Assembly (NCBI GenBank): GCA_002633005.1
Contig: NMRA01000003.1
Span: 1,361,587-1,425,586, forward strand
Reading direction: 5' to 3'
Length of the DNA stretch: 64,000 bases
Source: Phoronis australis
Taxonomy: Eukaryota; Animalia; Phoronida
Part shown: in pieces, positions 36,891 to 49,272 of the stretch
How positions within the stretch are numbered: the first letter of the stretch is position 1
Layout of the letters: every line of letters starts with the position of its first letter
Position numbers and translations under genes: made by a program
Notes under the pieces: generated by a model
Database searches by the model: none
What the model saw: only the letters and a program-made list of their open reading frames with translations
Told to the model about the DNA's origin: nothing

Positions 36891-38974
36891 ATTACTGTAA
36901 CAACGTTTTTTGCGACTTATGCACGCTTTTGATTTTTACAGTTAGAAAATATATACACAGTTTCATTAGTATTGCCAGTCATGTTTTAATCCATTCCACA
37001 CACTGATACGTTTTTGTCAACTTATGAAGTGTGCTCTGTATAGGAGCACTTCAAAAAGAATAGAACGTCGGTTCATTCATTTTTTAAAATGAATGTTGAC
37101 CTTTTCAGTGTTCTGAAGCTTGAGTTGATTTAGTTGAAATGTTGTTACCACAACAAGTCAACAAGATCTGTATAATACAAAATCGACAAATTTACAAAAT
37201 ATTCTTAACATAAAATAGAAAAACTCATTTTAATTTCAATTTTGAGAACACTGTTTTTCTGTTTTATTCATAAATGTATTGTTACCCTTTTTCGAGTTCA
37301 GGTGGTATTTCCCGGTACCTGCGTCTATTTAATCCATAATTCCCCAATACGAATGTTCCCCTGTCCCAATATTCCCAAGTATGCTACTGTTGTTTTCCAT
37401 GCCCAATTTTCCACTTTCTTTATGGTCTCCTATCCCGACATTCTCCCGGCTCAAAATTTCTGGGCTCCAATGTTTGATCTTTCCGATGCTTCTCCAGCAC
37501 GGTGAAAACTAATGGTTCCGTTATAATATGGGTTTCATTTCAAGTTTTCTTTATACCGGAGAGTCAGAATTTTTTGTTGGTCGTCTATAAAATCATGTAC
37601 CAAATAGTTCATGATCTCCATTCGTTCGTGCATTTTCAAAGAATGCAAACCAATTGATATACAGCGTATATTCAACAATGGCGTTTATTCGAGATTTGGA
37701 AACAGTTTTCACTGTGGTGACCACTTCAGTCTCCTGTAATCTGGTAATAAATCATCGCCTTGTGTCAAATAAAAGGCAAAACAAGATAAAGTCATCATTC
37801 ATCTGCGATTAATAATACTCGCGCAGTCATTGGCGGCACAGCTCTTCCATCGTTCAATTTTGCGTTTCCCTGTTCAATGAAAAGTTCTCCCACGTTTCCA
37901 TTCAAGTTTATTTTGATAAAACAGTAAGATTAATATTTCTCTTAAACTTCTAGGGTTTAATTCAATTTTGTTGAATGAAAAATGCTCACAGTTTACCAAG
38001 GAACATAAGTATTGGATTGGCGTAATGCAAATTGTTAAAACATTCTCTACTAAAGAAAGATCTGGCGTCGGGTTCATGAAAAGTGACTTAGGAATTTGGT
38101 TTTACACTCCCACTTGAGGATTAGAAAATAAAGGCTAGACACATTTAATAATTACCACACCACTCCCTAGAAATAAATTATACAATTTTTGTCAGTAAAT
38201 AACAGTTTTGAGGTTAAGATACACAGCATATAACTTACGTCTAGATCTTCTGGTTCACAACACGATGTCAGAAAAATGTTACCACCTTTTGGTACAACCA
38301 AAAGTCGCCAACTGAGGAACCTGAAGCTGTTTGTTGTATCTTTTATCTGTGGCAAAGACATGCGTTTGCAAAATGTTGTTTCCCACAGTGTTATTAACAT
38401 AATTAATGTAAGCTTTAACTCACCGCTCAAAATGTGCCTGTTCTCACAAATATTTCACACTCTTATAAACGATATTTTCTTGAAGACGTCTTTTATATAT
38501 ATATGTTGAACTTACGGACTCGTTTCCTGGTTTGCGCAAGGTCGCTGGTTTGTCAATTTCCTTATTAAGAAATCGTGTAAACACCCCCAGGTTTTTGCAA
38601 TAGATTTCCCGCGAAATACAAAGTTATTTAAATAGGGATAGACTTGATTGCTTAGGAGACCTGTATTTAAGACAATGCACGTACAAATGCAAGGAAAGTT
38701 AACCCAAAACCTCAATATTAAAGAATAGTGTCAACTGTGGAGTGACCGTGGGCTCACCTGTTCGCAAAAACTTGATGCGTCATACGACGATATCTGTGGT
38801 ATTTGCGTTGACGTCGGAGGCTTGCCATTATCAGATTCGTGAACACACCTGCGTCACTCTGCAAACCGTAAATAATCAAATACACGACACACGTAAACAA
38901 CAATGCTGTCGCGCTTATTTTGTTATTCAAGTGGCACTATTAAATTTTGAATATGACTATGTACATGTAATGAA

Positions 38975-39065
38975 GTCGACAACGACGCCAACGACGGCGG
39001 CGACGAAGACAACTACGGTGGAGACGACGATGACGGCGGGGGCGACGACGATGACAACGACGATG
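38975..39065. repeat. (ACG)n-type microsatellite
   Basis: Seen directly; the paralogous tract is at 62160-62232. Confidence 0.85.
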
Positions 39066-40416
39066 TATGAGAGAATGCCTGGAAGCCGTGCGCTGTCCAG
39101 TGACATCCGCCAATACAATTATGACTTTAATCAAAATTAGTGAAAAGAAGCAGAGAAACTCTCATTCAACTGCCACTTCTCATTCAATCAACTAAACACG
39201 TACTAGATGGAGAATGATAGATAGTAACAGAGGTGACTAAAATTTTGCAAACATTCATTCGAATAAACGTTGGGTCAAAATTTTTGACCACACTGGTAAT
39301 GATTGGGTCAAGTTGGAAACTGTTGCAGTTTATAATAAGACCATGGCAAATTCATTTGAACTGTTTCCATTGTCAAGTGTTGAGAAAAAATATATCTTTC
39401 TGTTGCTTGCTACAAAGAATAAGTTTGAAGGTCGAAAGTTACCGCGTTATCTTTCTGCTTCGGCGATTTAACGTGGTATTATTGTAAATTGCCTGACCCC
39501 CCCCCCCTCCCCCGGCTCACAATGTTGCTCCGGCGTTTACATGCACAGTGAACGACCCCAGCGTCATAGCAGTCGCATACAAGCGTAGCAGGTGGGGTGG
39601 ACTTGTAGACAATTGAGCTGCAGAGCGGGTGGCAAGCGAGCGGTTGACCTTCATCAAGCAGATACTTCATGGATGATATTACCATTATGGTGGTCCAGAC
39701 CTTCAAAAACGTTCAGACCTAGGACTGAACTTGTTTTTGTAGCAATTATTTGATACAATTGTCTCGTTGTACAGTAAACAAATGATCTTGAAATGTGAGT
39801 CTGTCTGCTCTCTAGATGACGATGTGTGGCGCCGCCTATTGTCAAAATTGTTGTCTCTGCACATTCAGATTAATTTTATTAATAAACACATATTTAACGT
39901 GACAGCTAACTTAATATCGTTATTCAAGTGGGTTCGATTTTGTATAATGAGCTAAGAAAGAAAACTGTATACTATACACAGGATTAGAGATATTCCGGTT
40001 CAACGAATGATTAAACTTACAATATCGAAAAACCGTCTTAAGGGGACATCGATGAGAAAAGCGATTTTCTGACATCAGCCCTAGTGCGGCCTAACGCACT
40101 ACCATTGGAGCTACTTGTCCTTCGATTAATGGCATACAATTCTAAGTGCAGTATTTAAAGGCGAAGGCAACCTTTTTCCATGTCATTTTGAGCTAAAATA
40201 AGGTTGGTTGGTTATCCTAGACATATTTTCCACTTAATTACAGCTTTTCGTAAAATTACTCGTCCGCTACTCCCGAAGTGACGTTTTAGGAGGCAAGCAT
40301 TTCGCACCAATTTCTTTTCACATAGTCTGACTGTGAGAGATGCCGAGTCAGTCATTGTTCTACCTAGGTTGTGTTGAGTTCCGTCGTCGTTTGCTTTCAT
40401 TTACTAGTCAGTCAAC

Positions 40417-41195
40417 ATGCCACACGGTTGCTGCGTACCAGGATGTACTAATTATCGGTTCACGCGCGCTTTGGGAGTACCTTTGCATCACTTTCCGATG
40501 TATGACACACTTCGTCGTACTTGGCTCGTTCGTGTGAAGAACCTAGCGTTACCCGTCCACACAACGTACAAAGCAGTGGAGAATTACCGTGTGTGTGGCA
40601 AGCACTTTCTGCCGTCCGATTACGAAAGGGATTCTGTATGCTGAACTGATGAAGGTCCCTGCGAAACAACGTCTGAAGAAGGATGCCATTGGTCTGTGTT
40701 GATTCCCGGCAGTGCCCCGTCGCCACCCCCGAGAAGTGCGTTTTTGAAGCGAGCTGTGGCCAGTACAGTGATTGGAGCCAGTGGAGGCACTTCATCTACT
40801 GTCACCCGTGCCTCCGAACGTACCCCAGAGTGTGCAATTCCTGGAACCAGTAGTGATTCGCCCTGTGCTGTTTTCTCCAGCCCAGAGCCTCTAAGCAGCC
40901 CTGCAGCGATATTGAGTAGTGGGAGTGATAACAGGCTCAGTTCGACACCCAGTGAAGAGGACAGTTCGTCGTCCAGTGAACAGATCGGTGAGCCAAACTT
41001 TGATAAGTTTATTGTGGACTTGTCTAAAGTGTTGGAGCTATTTAGAAGGTGCCAGGTGTGTGGCGAGGGATTCACACGACACGGTGTAAGCAGTTTGGGT
41101 GCTCAGGTCACCATCCAGTGGGAGTGTGTCGCGGGACACTCTGGCAAGTGGGACAGTTGTTCCTCTGTCCGTGATATGCCGGAGGTCCACTTAAC
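40417..41195 (+). pseudogene. Kolobok transposase N-terminal part (THAP domain plus C2CH zinc finger), frameshifted and truncated before the DDE core
   Basis: MPHGCCVPGC...LHHFP...RRTWL...VCGKHFLPSDY, then a frameshift, then LYAELMKVPAKQRLKKDAI; further on FIVDLSKVLELFRRCQVC...G.QVTIQWECVAGHSGKWDS. Confidence 0.85.
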
Positions 41196-41497
41196 CATAT
41201 CCAGTAGTGGCTTGGCCTCGTCGAACTCTGAACAGCACAAGCATTCCATTGAGATAGGCATAACAACGCACACAGAGCATCTGCACCAAGATGTGTCACC
41301 ACGTCTGTCCTCAGTAGCCACCTCGTTTCTCTCAACAGCTGCCTGTGCCTGTGCGTACTCTGCCTCGTTATACTCGGGCTCAAACATGTACCCACCCACT
41401 GAATGTCCGTGAAAAATTCCTCGTCACCACTGCTGTGAACAAGGTTTCCGTCACTCACACTACTGTCACTGTGATACGGGTCACCGACTCCAGCCAT
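41190..41497 (-). pseudogene. KolX / P2X7 cytoplasmic-ballast-like Cys-rich protein, N-terminal part, truncated
   Basis: MAGVGDPYHSDSS..., a frameshift at about 41400, then GYMFEPEY...RRGDTSWCRCSVCVVMPISMECLCCSE. This is the WC.C..C..M....EC.CC.E signature of the P2X7 ballast/nanor/KolX family. Confidence 0.85.
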
Positions 41498-43831
41498 TTT
41501 CAGCTTACAACACACGTAGTTGAATTCTCTACTAACCTATCTTGCCGCAGAATACTCGCTGATGGAAAGTGGTGGCGACAATTGTTGAAAAACAGCACAA
41601 AACAAACATAGAATAGAACAGATTCGCACGGTAAAGTCAACGCAAAACCAAGTGGCGGGAAACGCTTGCCTCCTAAAACGTCACTTCCGGAGTAGCGGAC
41701 GAGTAATTTATAAAATTACGAAAAGCTGTAATTAAGTGGAAAATATGTCTAGGATAACCAACCAACCTTATTTTAGCTCAAAATGACATGGAAAAAGGTT
41801 GCCTTCGCCTTTAACTGGTAAAAGTTACCGGCAAACGTCTGACAGAAAACGGCGAGAACTGATGAGGTTTAACAATTGTTTCTGCGATTGGATTCACCCC
41901 CGCAAAATCGTTCTATCTTAGTTTCAATATTTAAACCTCGAAAGACCAAACAATTGTATCATTGGTTCTGGATCTAATCTTTGTACCGGAAATCAAACTT
42001 TACTTTTGATATTTTCTGTTGTACTTTAATACAAACTAAAGATAAGTGTTAAGACTCTTTAATTCTGTGCTCGAGTATGTAATGATTTTCTTGGATGATT
42101 TTCTAATAATCCTAGTTATCACTTGATGACCCTAGTATTAAAGGTATGAGTCTTTACTCGAAATCACCTGTTATTACTTGAGTTGTAGCTCGAATAATCT
42201 TGGGGTCATCAAATGCAACTTTAGACTAGTGGAAACTTGTGAACGTAAGCTACAATTTACTTGAGCCAATGAGCTATAGAACTCATCATAAACACTTTCA
42301 TTGAGTTTGCATTTTAAGTAAGAAGCAAAATGGCAACAATAATTCTGAATTCAGTTTACAGCACAAACATTATACCCGGACTGTTTCGAAAACAAAGGCG
42401 TCACCTTTAAAAAGATTGAGACCACTCACCTGACATCAGGTAACAATGGGGAAAAGATCCTAAATAATTCCAAGATCGCGATGTCGTTGCTCAATTTGGA
42501 AGTGTTAATCAACTTCTGAAGACGTCCGGCGTTTTATTTTTTCACACCAAAATAGTTCATAGCGGCTTTAACAAACTGCGTTGTAATCTGACAGGCATAT
42601 TCTTTGAATGAGTGCGGACGACAAGGAAACTACAGCGGCCTACGATAAGTATTTGTTCACGGTGGTTTCTCAGCCAGTCAAACCGTATCGCGCTGTTAAT
42701 TTTTGAATGCCAAGATAAACTTCAGTTTGAGAAACTTCCAAAAATGTCTCACGCTGAACATGTTTTCTGAATTCCAAAACAATTTTATTGAACACAAACG
42801 CCTCGCTGAAACCATTACGGCAGCTGTGCATCCCCTTTCGAAGCAAGTGCCAAATATTGAATTATACCACCTTCTGCTGATCTGTATTGCGTTCTGTCGC
42901 ATCTAAGACCCTCTCGAAGAGCGTTATCATGTGCAACGTCGCAATCGAATGGCGTTATCTTACGAAGTCTTGCGTTGTCTTGCGTTTTCGCGAGACTTTT
43001 GGTTCTGCAGTATTTCATAGCGATTTAGGTCACGTAACACTTTACACACCCGCGTTGTGGGATGAGTATCCCGATTGACTGGTCGGCCAGTCGGGATAGA
43101 GCCGTGCCGTCCATCCGTATCACTCTGACAGTTGCAAACCAATGTTTACATAGTCCAGATGTCTTATTGTCTGCTTTCACCTGTTAAGCGCACTTAATCC
43201 AGCAATAATGGTGAAAACGGTCGACTGTCAGAGAAATTAGACTTAACTTTCATCGTTAGATTGCTTTGTGCAACTGCAAGCTCTGACCAGCTTAACCATA
43301 GTAGTGTGTACCAACATTAAAGACTTGCTTGACAAGTTTAATCGAGTTTGATTCCAGATTAGATCGTGATAGTAGACACTTCTTGATTTTGACACTCCAG
43401 GAGAATGCTAAGTAACGAACTAGGGCCTTTTTACTCACTGTTAAGCGAACTGAAAATTGGAATTTTATAAAATGTTTTGAACTCTTTGTCACGGTAAGAC
43501 ATTTATTGTTATTTTTGAGGCGGATTGCGGTTTGACCAAGGGAAGGGTAATCGACTGTATGTTTGAAAGGCGTGCAGCCGGTCAGTGGAATACCCACATT
43601 CCTACTGGAGTGGATGAGAAAAATACTCATTTGTTAAGCGCTTCGGTCATGAAAAGCCATCCTCAGGGGTTTGCTCCCGAAAAAATACCGTTTTGTAGGA
43701 GAGGTTTGCGCAAGGAACCTTGGACAGCTGAATAAACCCATTAAGCCCCAAACAGTTCAAGAAGACTGCCATCTGTTGTCAAAAAATAGTAGGCTGTACT
43801 TCGGGAACAAGTTTTTCGATACGCAGACTTG

Positions 43832-44596
43832 CACACGACACTTTTCGTTATTGACAGTCTTTATTTTGTTTCTTACATATGTTTGGAATAAAAATCTACA
43901 CTCTATTTATCATCGGAATAAGAAGTCCTCTAACTTGGTCATGAAAAATAACGTCTAAAGCGAAAGTCCTCTCCGTTGTCCAGTTTAGTGTTGTTTATGA
44001 GTTTTATGCCCTATGAACGAATGTCTTCGTTCAAATGTCAAACAATGTTACATTGGTCAAACGGTTCGTAGTCTTTCCCGTCGGTTATCTATGCATCTTC
44101 AAAATGGCGCCATCCAAGATCATTTTATGCAATGTCACGAACGTAAAATCACCCGTCAAGAAATGGTGGAAAACACGTCAATTCGGTACGTAGAGTACGA
44201 AGTGCTGCGTTTGAAAGTATTGGAATCCCTTTTGATTGCATTGGAGCAGCCTTTTATTTTGAATGAGCAGCAAACATATGCAGGGTCGCGCCGCACGTTA
44301 CACTTGCTCGCGTGCCTGTTAATTACTTCCCTTTATTTGTCATTCTTTGCAATATTTCACACCTGCCGTGTGCCATTGTGTATGTCTCCAGCTTATGATC
44401 TGTGTTGGCATTACTGCGTCATTTTATTTCCACCTGAGAATGAAACAATTAAGTATGTTTCGAAATATCGTGTAGCTTTTAATCGTGTCTCTTAGTGGTC
44501 AGTTACTTCATCAATGTTCCGTTGAGTGTAAATTAATATTCCGAACAAATGAACGAAACGGAATAAAGACTGTCAATAACGAAAATTGTCGTGTGT
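43832..44596 (+). mobile_element. Penelope-like element 3' fragment (GIY-YIG plus pseudo-LTR), bounded by ~35 bp inverted repeats
   Basis: ORF 44013: CYIGQTVRSLSRRLSMHLQNGAIQDHFMQCH...RLKVLESLLIALEQPFILNEQ. Inverted ends cacacgacacttttcgttattgacagtctttatt / aataaagactgtcaataacgaaaattgtcgtgtg. Absent from copy A. Confidence 0.85.
44431..44472 (+). ncRNA. Candidate minimal hammerhead-ribozyme-like motif in the PLE pseudo-LTR
   Basis: cac CTGAGAA t gaaac-aattaagtat-gtttc GAAA tatc gtg. The stems pair, but the core is a variant (CUGAGAA rather than CUGANGA). It sits at the position usual for PLEs. Confidence 0.5.
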
Positions 44597-44713
44597 TTAA
44601 TCAATTCTGCATACCGGTATCGGCGGGAAAATGAGTAGGCCTACAAATAGTTTGCAACAAAGGTTTTTAAACCAATGATAGGTAAATTGGAAACCCTTGA
44701 GTAGTTCTGTGTA

Positions 44714-47700
44714 CATTACGGCGTTTTCCCGTTGCTCCCAACTTGTTCAACAACAAGTTGGGAAGTATATCCCTGTAGCCAATATCTTACACGAGTGATT
44801 AACTCCATTCTGGCATTTATGGTTGGAGGACCAGCTCTCTTTTGTTCGATAATTACTCTAATCTCCAATAAGATGGTATCCATAAACATAACATAGACCG
44901 GGCGCGCGCCACTCAGATACATGCAGCTGGCGTTGTCAATATGACGCCAAATTGGATAGTGCTACACAGGACAAAAAAAGCGGAAAACACTGGGAGCCCT
45001 ACGGCATCAGTCAGGAGATGCGGGGCTCGCAGTGTTATGCCTGCAGCCAAAGAGTTAAGTTCTTTGGTCCTGCCTTTGAGTCATGGGTTTTTTGTTCGTG
45101 CATGGAGTTTAGAGGTGCTGCCACTAGGTTTTTATGTTCTGCCACCATAGTTTAAGCGGAGCGATTACGCGTTATTTCCTCATTAGTCTTGGTGATTGAG
45201 ACATTTAAGAACATTTAAAAGATATTTATTGACCAGCATATGCTTTTGTTATCCAACGATGATGCTGTTTGTTAATTGTACTTAAGTAAATATTTGGTAT
45301 AAATGATAATCATATGTATTTTTACTTGTTCTGAAAAATAACACTTACTCGCTAGCCATCAAAATCAGTACATCTAAGTGAAGAATGTATTCTCTGTTGA
45401 ATTTATATTGCTTTAAAAACTCATTTCTTAATAAGTATTCCAAAATCAGATTTCTTATGTTGTATGAAAACAAGCATTCCTGCAAAATCTGTACTTTTGT
45501 TAAAGTTGATATTGGGAATTTTGTGGATTTGCACTGGTTGCTTACGAGCTCTTTGTTTTGTGACTCCAAACTTGCGCAAAAAAGTAAAGTGCATAGTAAC
45601 CAAAATATCAAACCTGTACGACTGAATTGCGCATCCGACGTATACCCAAAATGCAGAATTCCTCACTCGAAAGCGGGTGGAAATATGCCCAACCGAGCCG
45701 GTGTAGCATTAAATAATGACCCCGAGAAAAATGACTCCGGCCAGTTTTTTCACAGGATCTAAATTTAATGTGAAGAATTTTTAGCCCATGCACGCACCCA
45801 GCCTAAAATATAGAGGGGGGCTCGAATTTCATGTGGACCTGTTACTGGAACAAGAAGACGAGTACTAAAAAATGGGGTACTAGGTTCAACCCCGTGCATT
45901 GTGCATTCGCGACTTTTGTCTCCTTTCGTCGGACTCTTTAATTCTTTAAGAAGGACCTTTTTGCCCACTTGGTCTAAATTCGCCACTGGGTTCTTCCGCA
46001 ACAGGGGGTTGGGATAAGCAGACACGATACCCGCAACTGGCTATCTTTCAACAATGTTCGATACGCGGATGTTTAGGTGTGGGGGTCAACTGAGTAACGC
46101 GCAGCAAGGGAAATCTTGCTTTTTCAACGGCGTGCAGACCAGAAATATGATGTGGGAAGCTGGGCTGAAGCGAAAACAATCACAATTTTTCGAACAGTCC
46201 TTCATTCAGTTACCCAACTTGGCAACTGGCCATTTTTACACTGCTCGTGCCAAGATATAATATATGACTACTGAACTACATGAAGACTAATCGAAAATAC
46301 TTGGCCACATGAAAAAAATAAAAAGAATCTTCCTATCGCAGCCAAGTTTTCTTACTATAAAAATCAAATTTGGAAGCGTGAGAACTGAGGCCAAGCGTGC
46401 GTGGGAGAAGAATTTATTTTAAATTTCTCGGCGGGTGAAGGACGCGCAGTACGCGTAGAACGGTTCGAAATAATGTGTGGGAGCGGGGCTAATCTCTTTG
46501 TGAGCACATAATTACACGGTGTGGGGATACTAAAAAACGCAGACAAGTGCCTGGTGCTTGATCGGGGGAGACTTCAGATCCGTGAGAGAGGAATACTGTG
46601 CGTGAGAGAAGAATATTTGTCCGTTGGCAATCCCGAGCGATATGCACAGCAAAGGAATTGAGTCTGTGTTCTTTGCTTTTTACATTACGGAGTACTCCCG
46701 TTTAGTCTAACTTGTTAAGTTGTATAGCACAAGTTGGGCGGATGACCGCTGTCAGCCAATATCTTACGCCGACGACTGATTAAGTCCATTCTGGCAGTTA
46801 TAGGGTTGGAGGGTCAGCTCTCTTTTGTTCGATAGTTTCTCTAATCTCCAATAAGATCATATCTTATTGCCTCACTGGAGTGTGGTGTTAAAAATAAGTA
46901 AAGTTATAAAATGTTTGAACATAAACAAATGCCATTTCTGAATTCCCCATCAAATACTGGTCATGCTTAAAGTTTTTGAATCACCAAAATCGCCCAACTA
47001 TACAATTACCGAAGTTAGACTATCACACGCTCACAACCGCTGTGCGTCTGGTCGAACGGGAAAACGCCGTAATGAACTTTAAAAACCTGTCGTTTATCTA
47101 TATGACTCCAATGAGGTCATTCTTCACGGTAGTTCATATTAAATTTAGACCCCCCATTAAATGCGACCTGGGTCGTATTTTAATTTTACGTAGTTACCCG
47201 GGGTCATTTTCATTACTGAAAACTAAGGCTTATTGGGGCACACAACAAAAGTACGTCCCAAGTGAGCAGCACGTCTCCTGGATATAATGTATTTGCATCA
47301 AGCGACACGAATTAAATGATAAATTTGCGCGATCTTACTGGTTTCTCTTGAAAAAACTGAAAAAAATGAAAACGCTCGCAGTGGATTGACCAGCGTGCAG
47401 CCGCTCAGAGCACTCGAGAATCTGCCACTGGTTGCGATCTTCTAATAGTTTGATATTTTCCCTATCGACTGATTAAGTCTTAAAAAACGCCTGTAAGTGC
47501 TATATCACATATGTTTTTGTATGTTTCTGGAAAAAATCACACTCTTCTGCCTCTTTATTTGTTAGATATCGCGCTTTAAAAAAGACAATTTACCCTGTTT
47601 GTTTACGCGGCAATTCATTAGCCGTGTCACGTGATAGTAGCACTCTCCAATATGGCGTCAAGTTGTCAGCTGCAGTAGCGCGTGATCGTATCTACCCTGA

Positions 47701-48036
47701 CTGGGCTGTGCAGTTAAAAATAAAAGTTAAGTTACAACATACTTGAACATAAACCAATAGCATTTTTCTAAAATCTTCGTCAAATGGTGATCATGTTTAG
47801 TTTTTGAATCACCAAAATCGCCCAACTGCAACCGAAGTTACAACAATCTATTCTTTCCGAATACACCTCTGAGTTTGACTGTGTTCACACGTGGTCTGTA
47901 ATAAGCCTGGTAGATAGTTGTCATAACAGACAAAAGAGTGTGCTTGGCAGTTAACAAAGAAGCTAGATTTTATCACACGCTCAAAACCCCTTACATCTCA
48001 GTGGTAAAGTCACTGAACGGGAAAACGCTGTCACTG
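44714..48036. mobile_element. Inverted copy of the 6720-7775 repeat with nested insertions (about 44880-46735 and 47075-47705)
   Basis: Copy A reads gtagttatgtgta-gttggaaaacatgaacc contiguously; copy B is split at this site. Confidence 0.7.
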
Positions 48037-49272
48037 AGTGGAAAACATGAACCTTTTTTAAAGTTCCGAACTCCCAAAGTGAGCCCTTGTCTGATATGCT
48101 TTCAATAAAGCTTTACAAACTGAAAAATTAATGATTTTGTTTATTCACGTAGGGTGGTGACCTAATAATACACTTACACAAATGTGCTCACGTATTAGCA
48201 GTGCAGTCACATCTTGCGCCTTCTTGAAGTAACAAAGTGCCTTCATCTGGGCGACCCGCTTACTCTCTGCCCTATCTGTAAACGACCTAGCTATGTTAAC
48301 TGATCTCTGACTAAGTGATGTCCACTATGTACGTATATAGCCTACTTAGGCTTTTATGGTTGTTTTTTGTCTTTGTTGTTCTTCATTGTTATACAGTGTC
48401 ATAATACTCTGGAAAGTGTGTGGTTATTTGAATCAAGAACGGGAAATTAAGTCGGAAAAGTCACTCTTTCGTAGGAATTTTTGTTAGAAATTACACCCTT
48501 TTGCAAGGATGAATCTGCATGGTTCTGATCGGCACATCTCGTATTCCTCTTTCATGAGTTTCACCTAGGTAGAATTGGTTAGGTGTGCACACTATACTTT
48601 AATTGGTGACTTTTTTGAAGACCGGTGGTCCGATAGCGTCTATTTATACATGGTTGGCAATGATTTCCGAATTCGAGACCGGTCAGAACAGAGCTATTCT
48701 GACTTCACTACACTATATAGGTCACGTGATGTGGCCAACATATGGCGCGTAAGAAGACTAATATTTTTGTAAACTAAACACACACGGGGTTCCGTAATGT
48801 ATACTCATTCTCATATTTTGGAAGTGTGGTGGCCCTTTGACATAGTTCTAGTTAATTGTTTGCAGGAAACAAGATTGGTTAACCACAGATAGATATAGAT
48901 GTCTTATACCACTATTGGCGGTCTTGGGCTTGTTGCATAACGATTGATGGTTACATTCAGATCATACCCAACTTTTGATAATTAAAGTTCACGGAAATTA
49001 CTTTAGACGTTGATTATTTATTTGTTTGCATATTATTAATATTCACAGAAAAAAAAAAATGAAAGACCGTGAAAACAGTGCACAGATAACGAAAATTGTT
49101 ACATTTTATGGCACTGCATACAGCAGGAGACAAAGTAGGGCTTTAAATACGTTTAAGGATTTTTTCTGGATAACGCTGTTTTACAGAATGTTCGAAACCC
49201 ATCTATGCTGTTACAACTGAACAAGGTCATGGAGTAAAAGGTCGACTGTCGTTTCGCTGTGCGTGTGCGACT

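Larger units (their letters stand above)
29470..39430. repeat. Segmental tandem duplication, copy A
   Basis: Colinear homology with 42470-62600: 29550 matches 42555, 30120 matches 43735, 30300 matches 48800, all seven exons match, 37230 matches 60200, and 39420 matches 62590. Confidence 0.9.
40159..41810 (+). mobile_element. Kolobok DNA transposon, internally deleted derivative (1652 bp)
   Basis: TTAA at 40155-40158 and 41811-41814; ~140 bp near-perfect TIRs beginning AGGCGAAGGCAACC; convergent THAP/transposase and KolX remnants inside. Confidence 0.92.

Noticed and set aside
38742-39140. Thr-rich mucin-like ORF (and the antisense Arg-rich ORF)
   Set aside because: Produced by an ACG microsatellite; the frame is not conserved in the paralogous region 61951-62243.
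40620-41075. 151-aa antisense ORF and the apparent long bidirectional overlap with ORF 40696-41412
   Set aside because: Shadow frames of the Ser/Pro-rich transposase linker and read-through across the deletion junction; no domain signal.
41103-41399. Host P2X7 receptor gene
   Set aside because: Only the Cys-rich ballast-like fragment is present, with no transmembrane or ectodomain sequence, and it lies inside Kolobok TIRs.
44941-46546. Cluster of short ORFs in a nested insertion
   Set aside because: No recognisable domains and no consistent frame or splice pattern.
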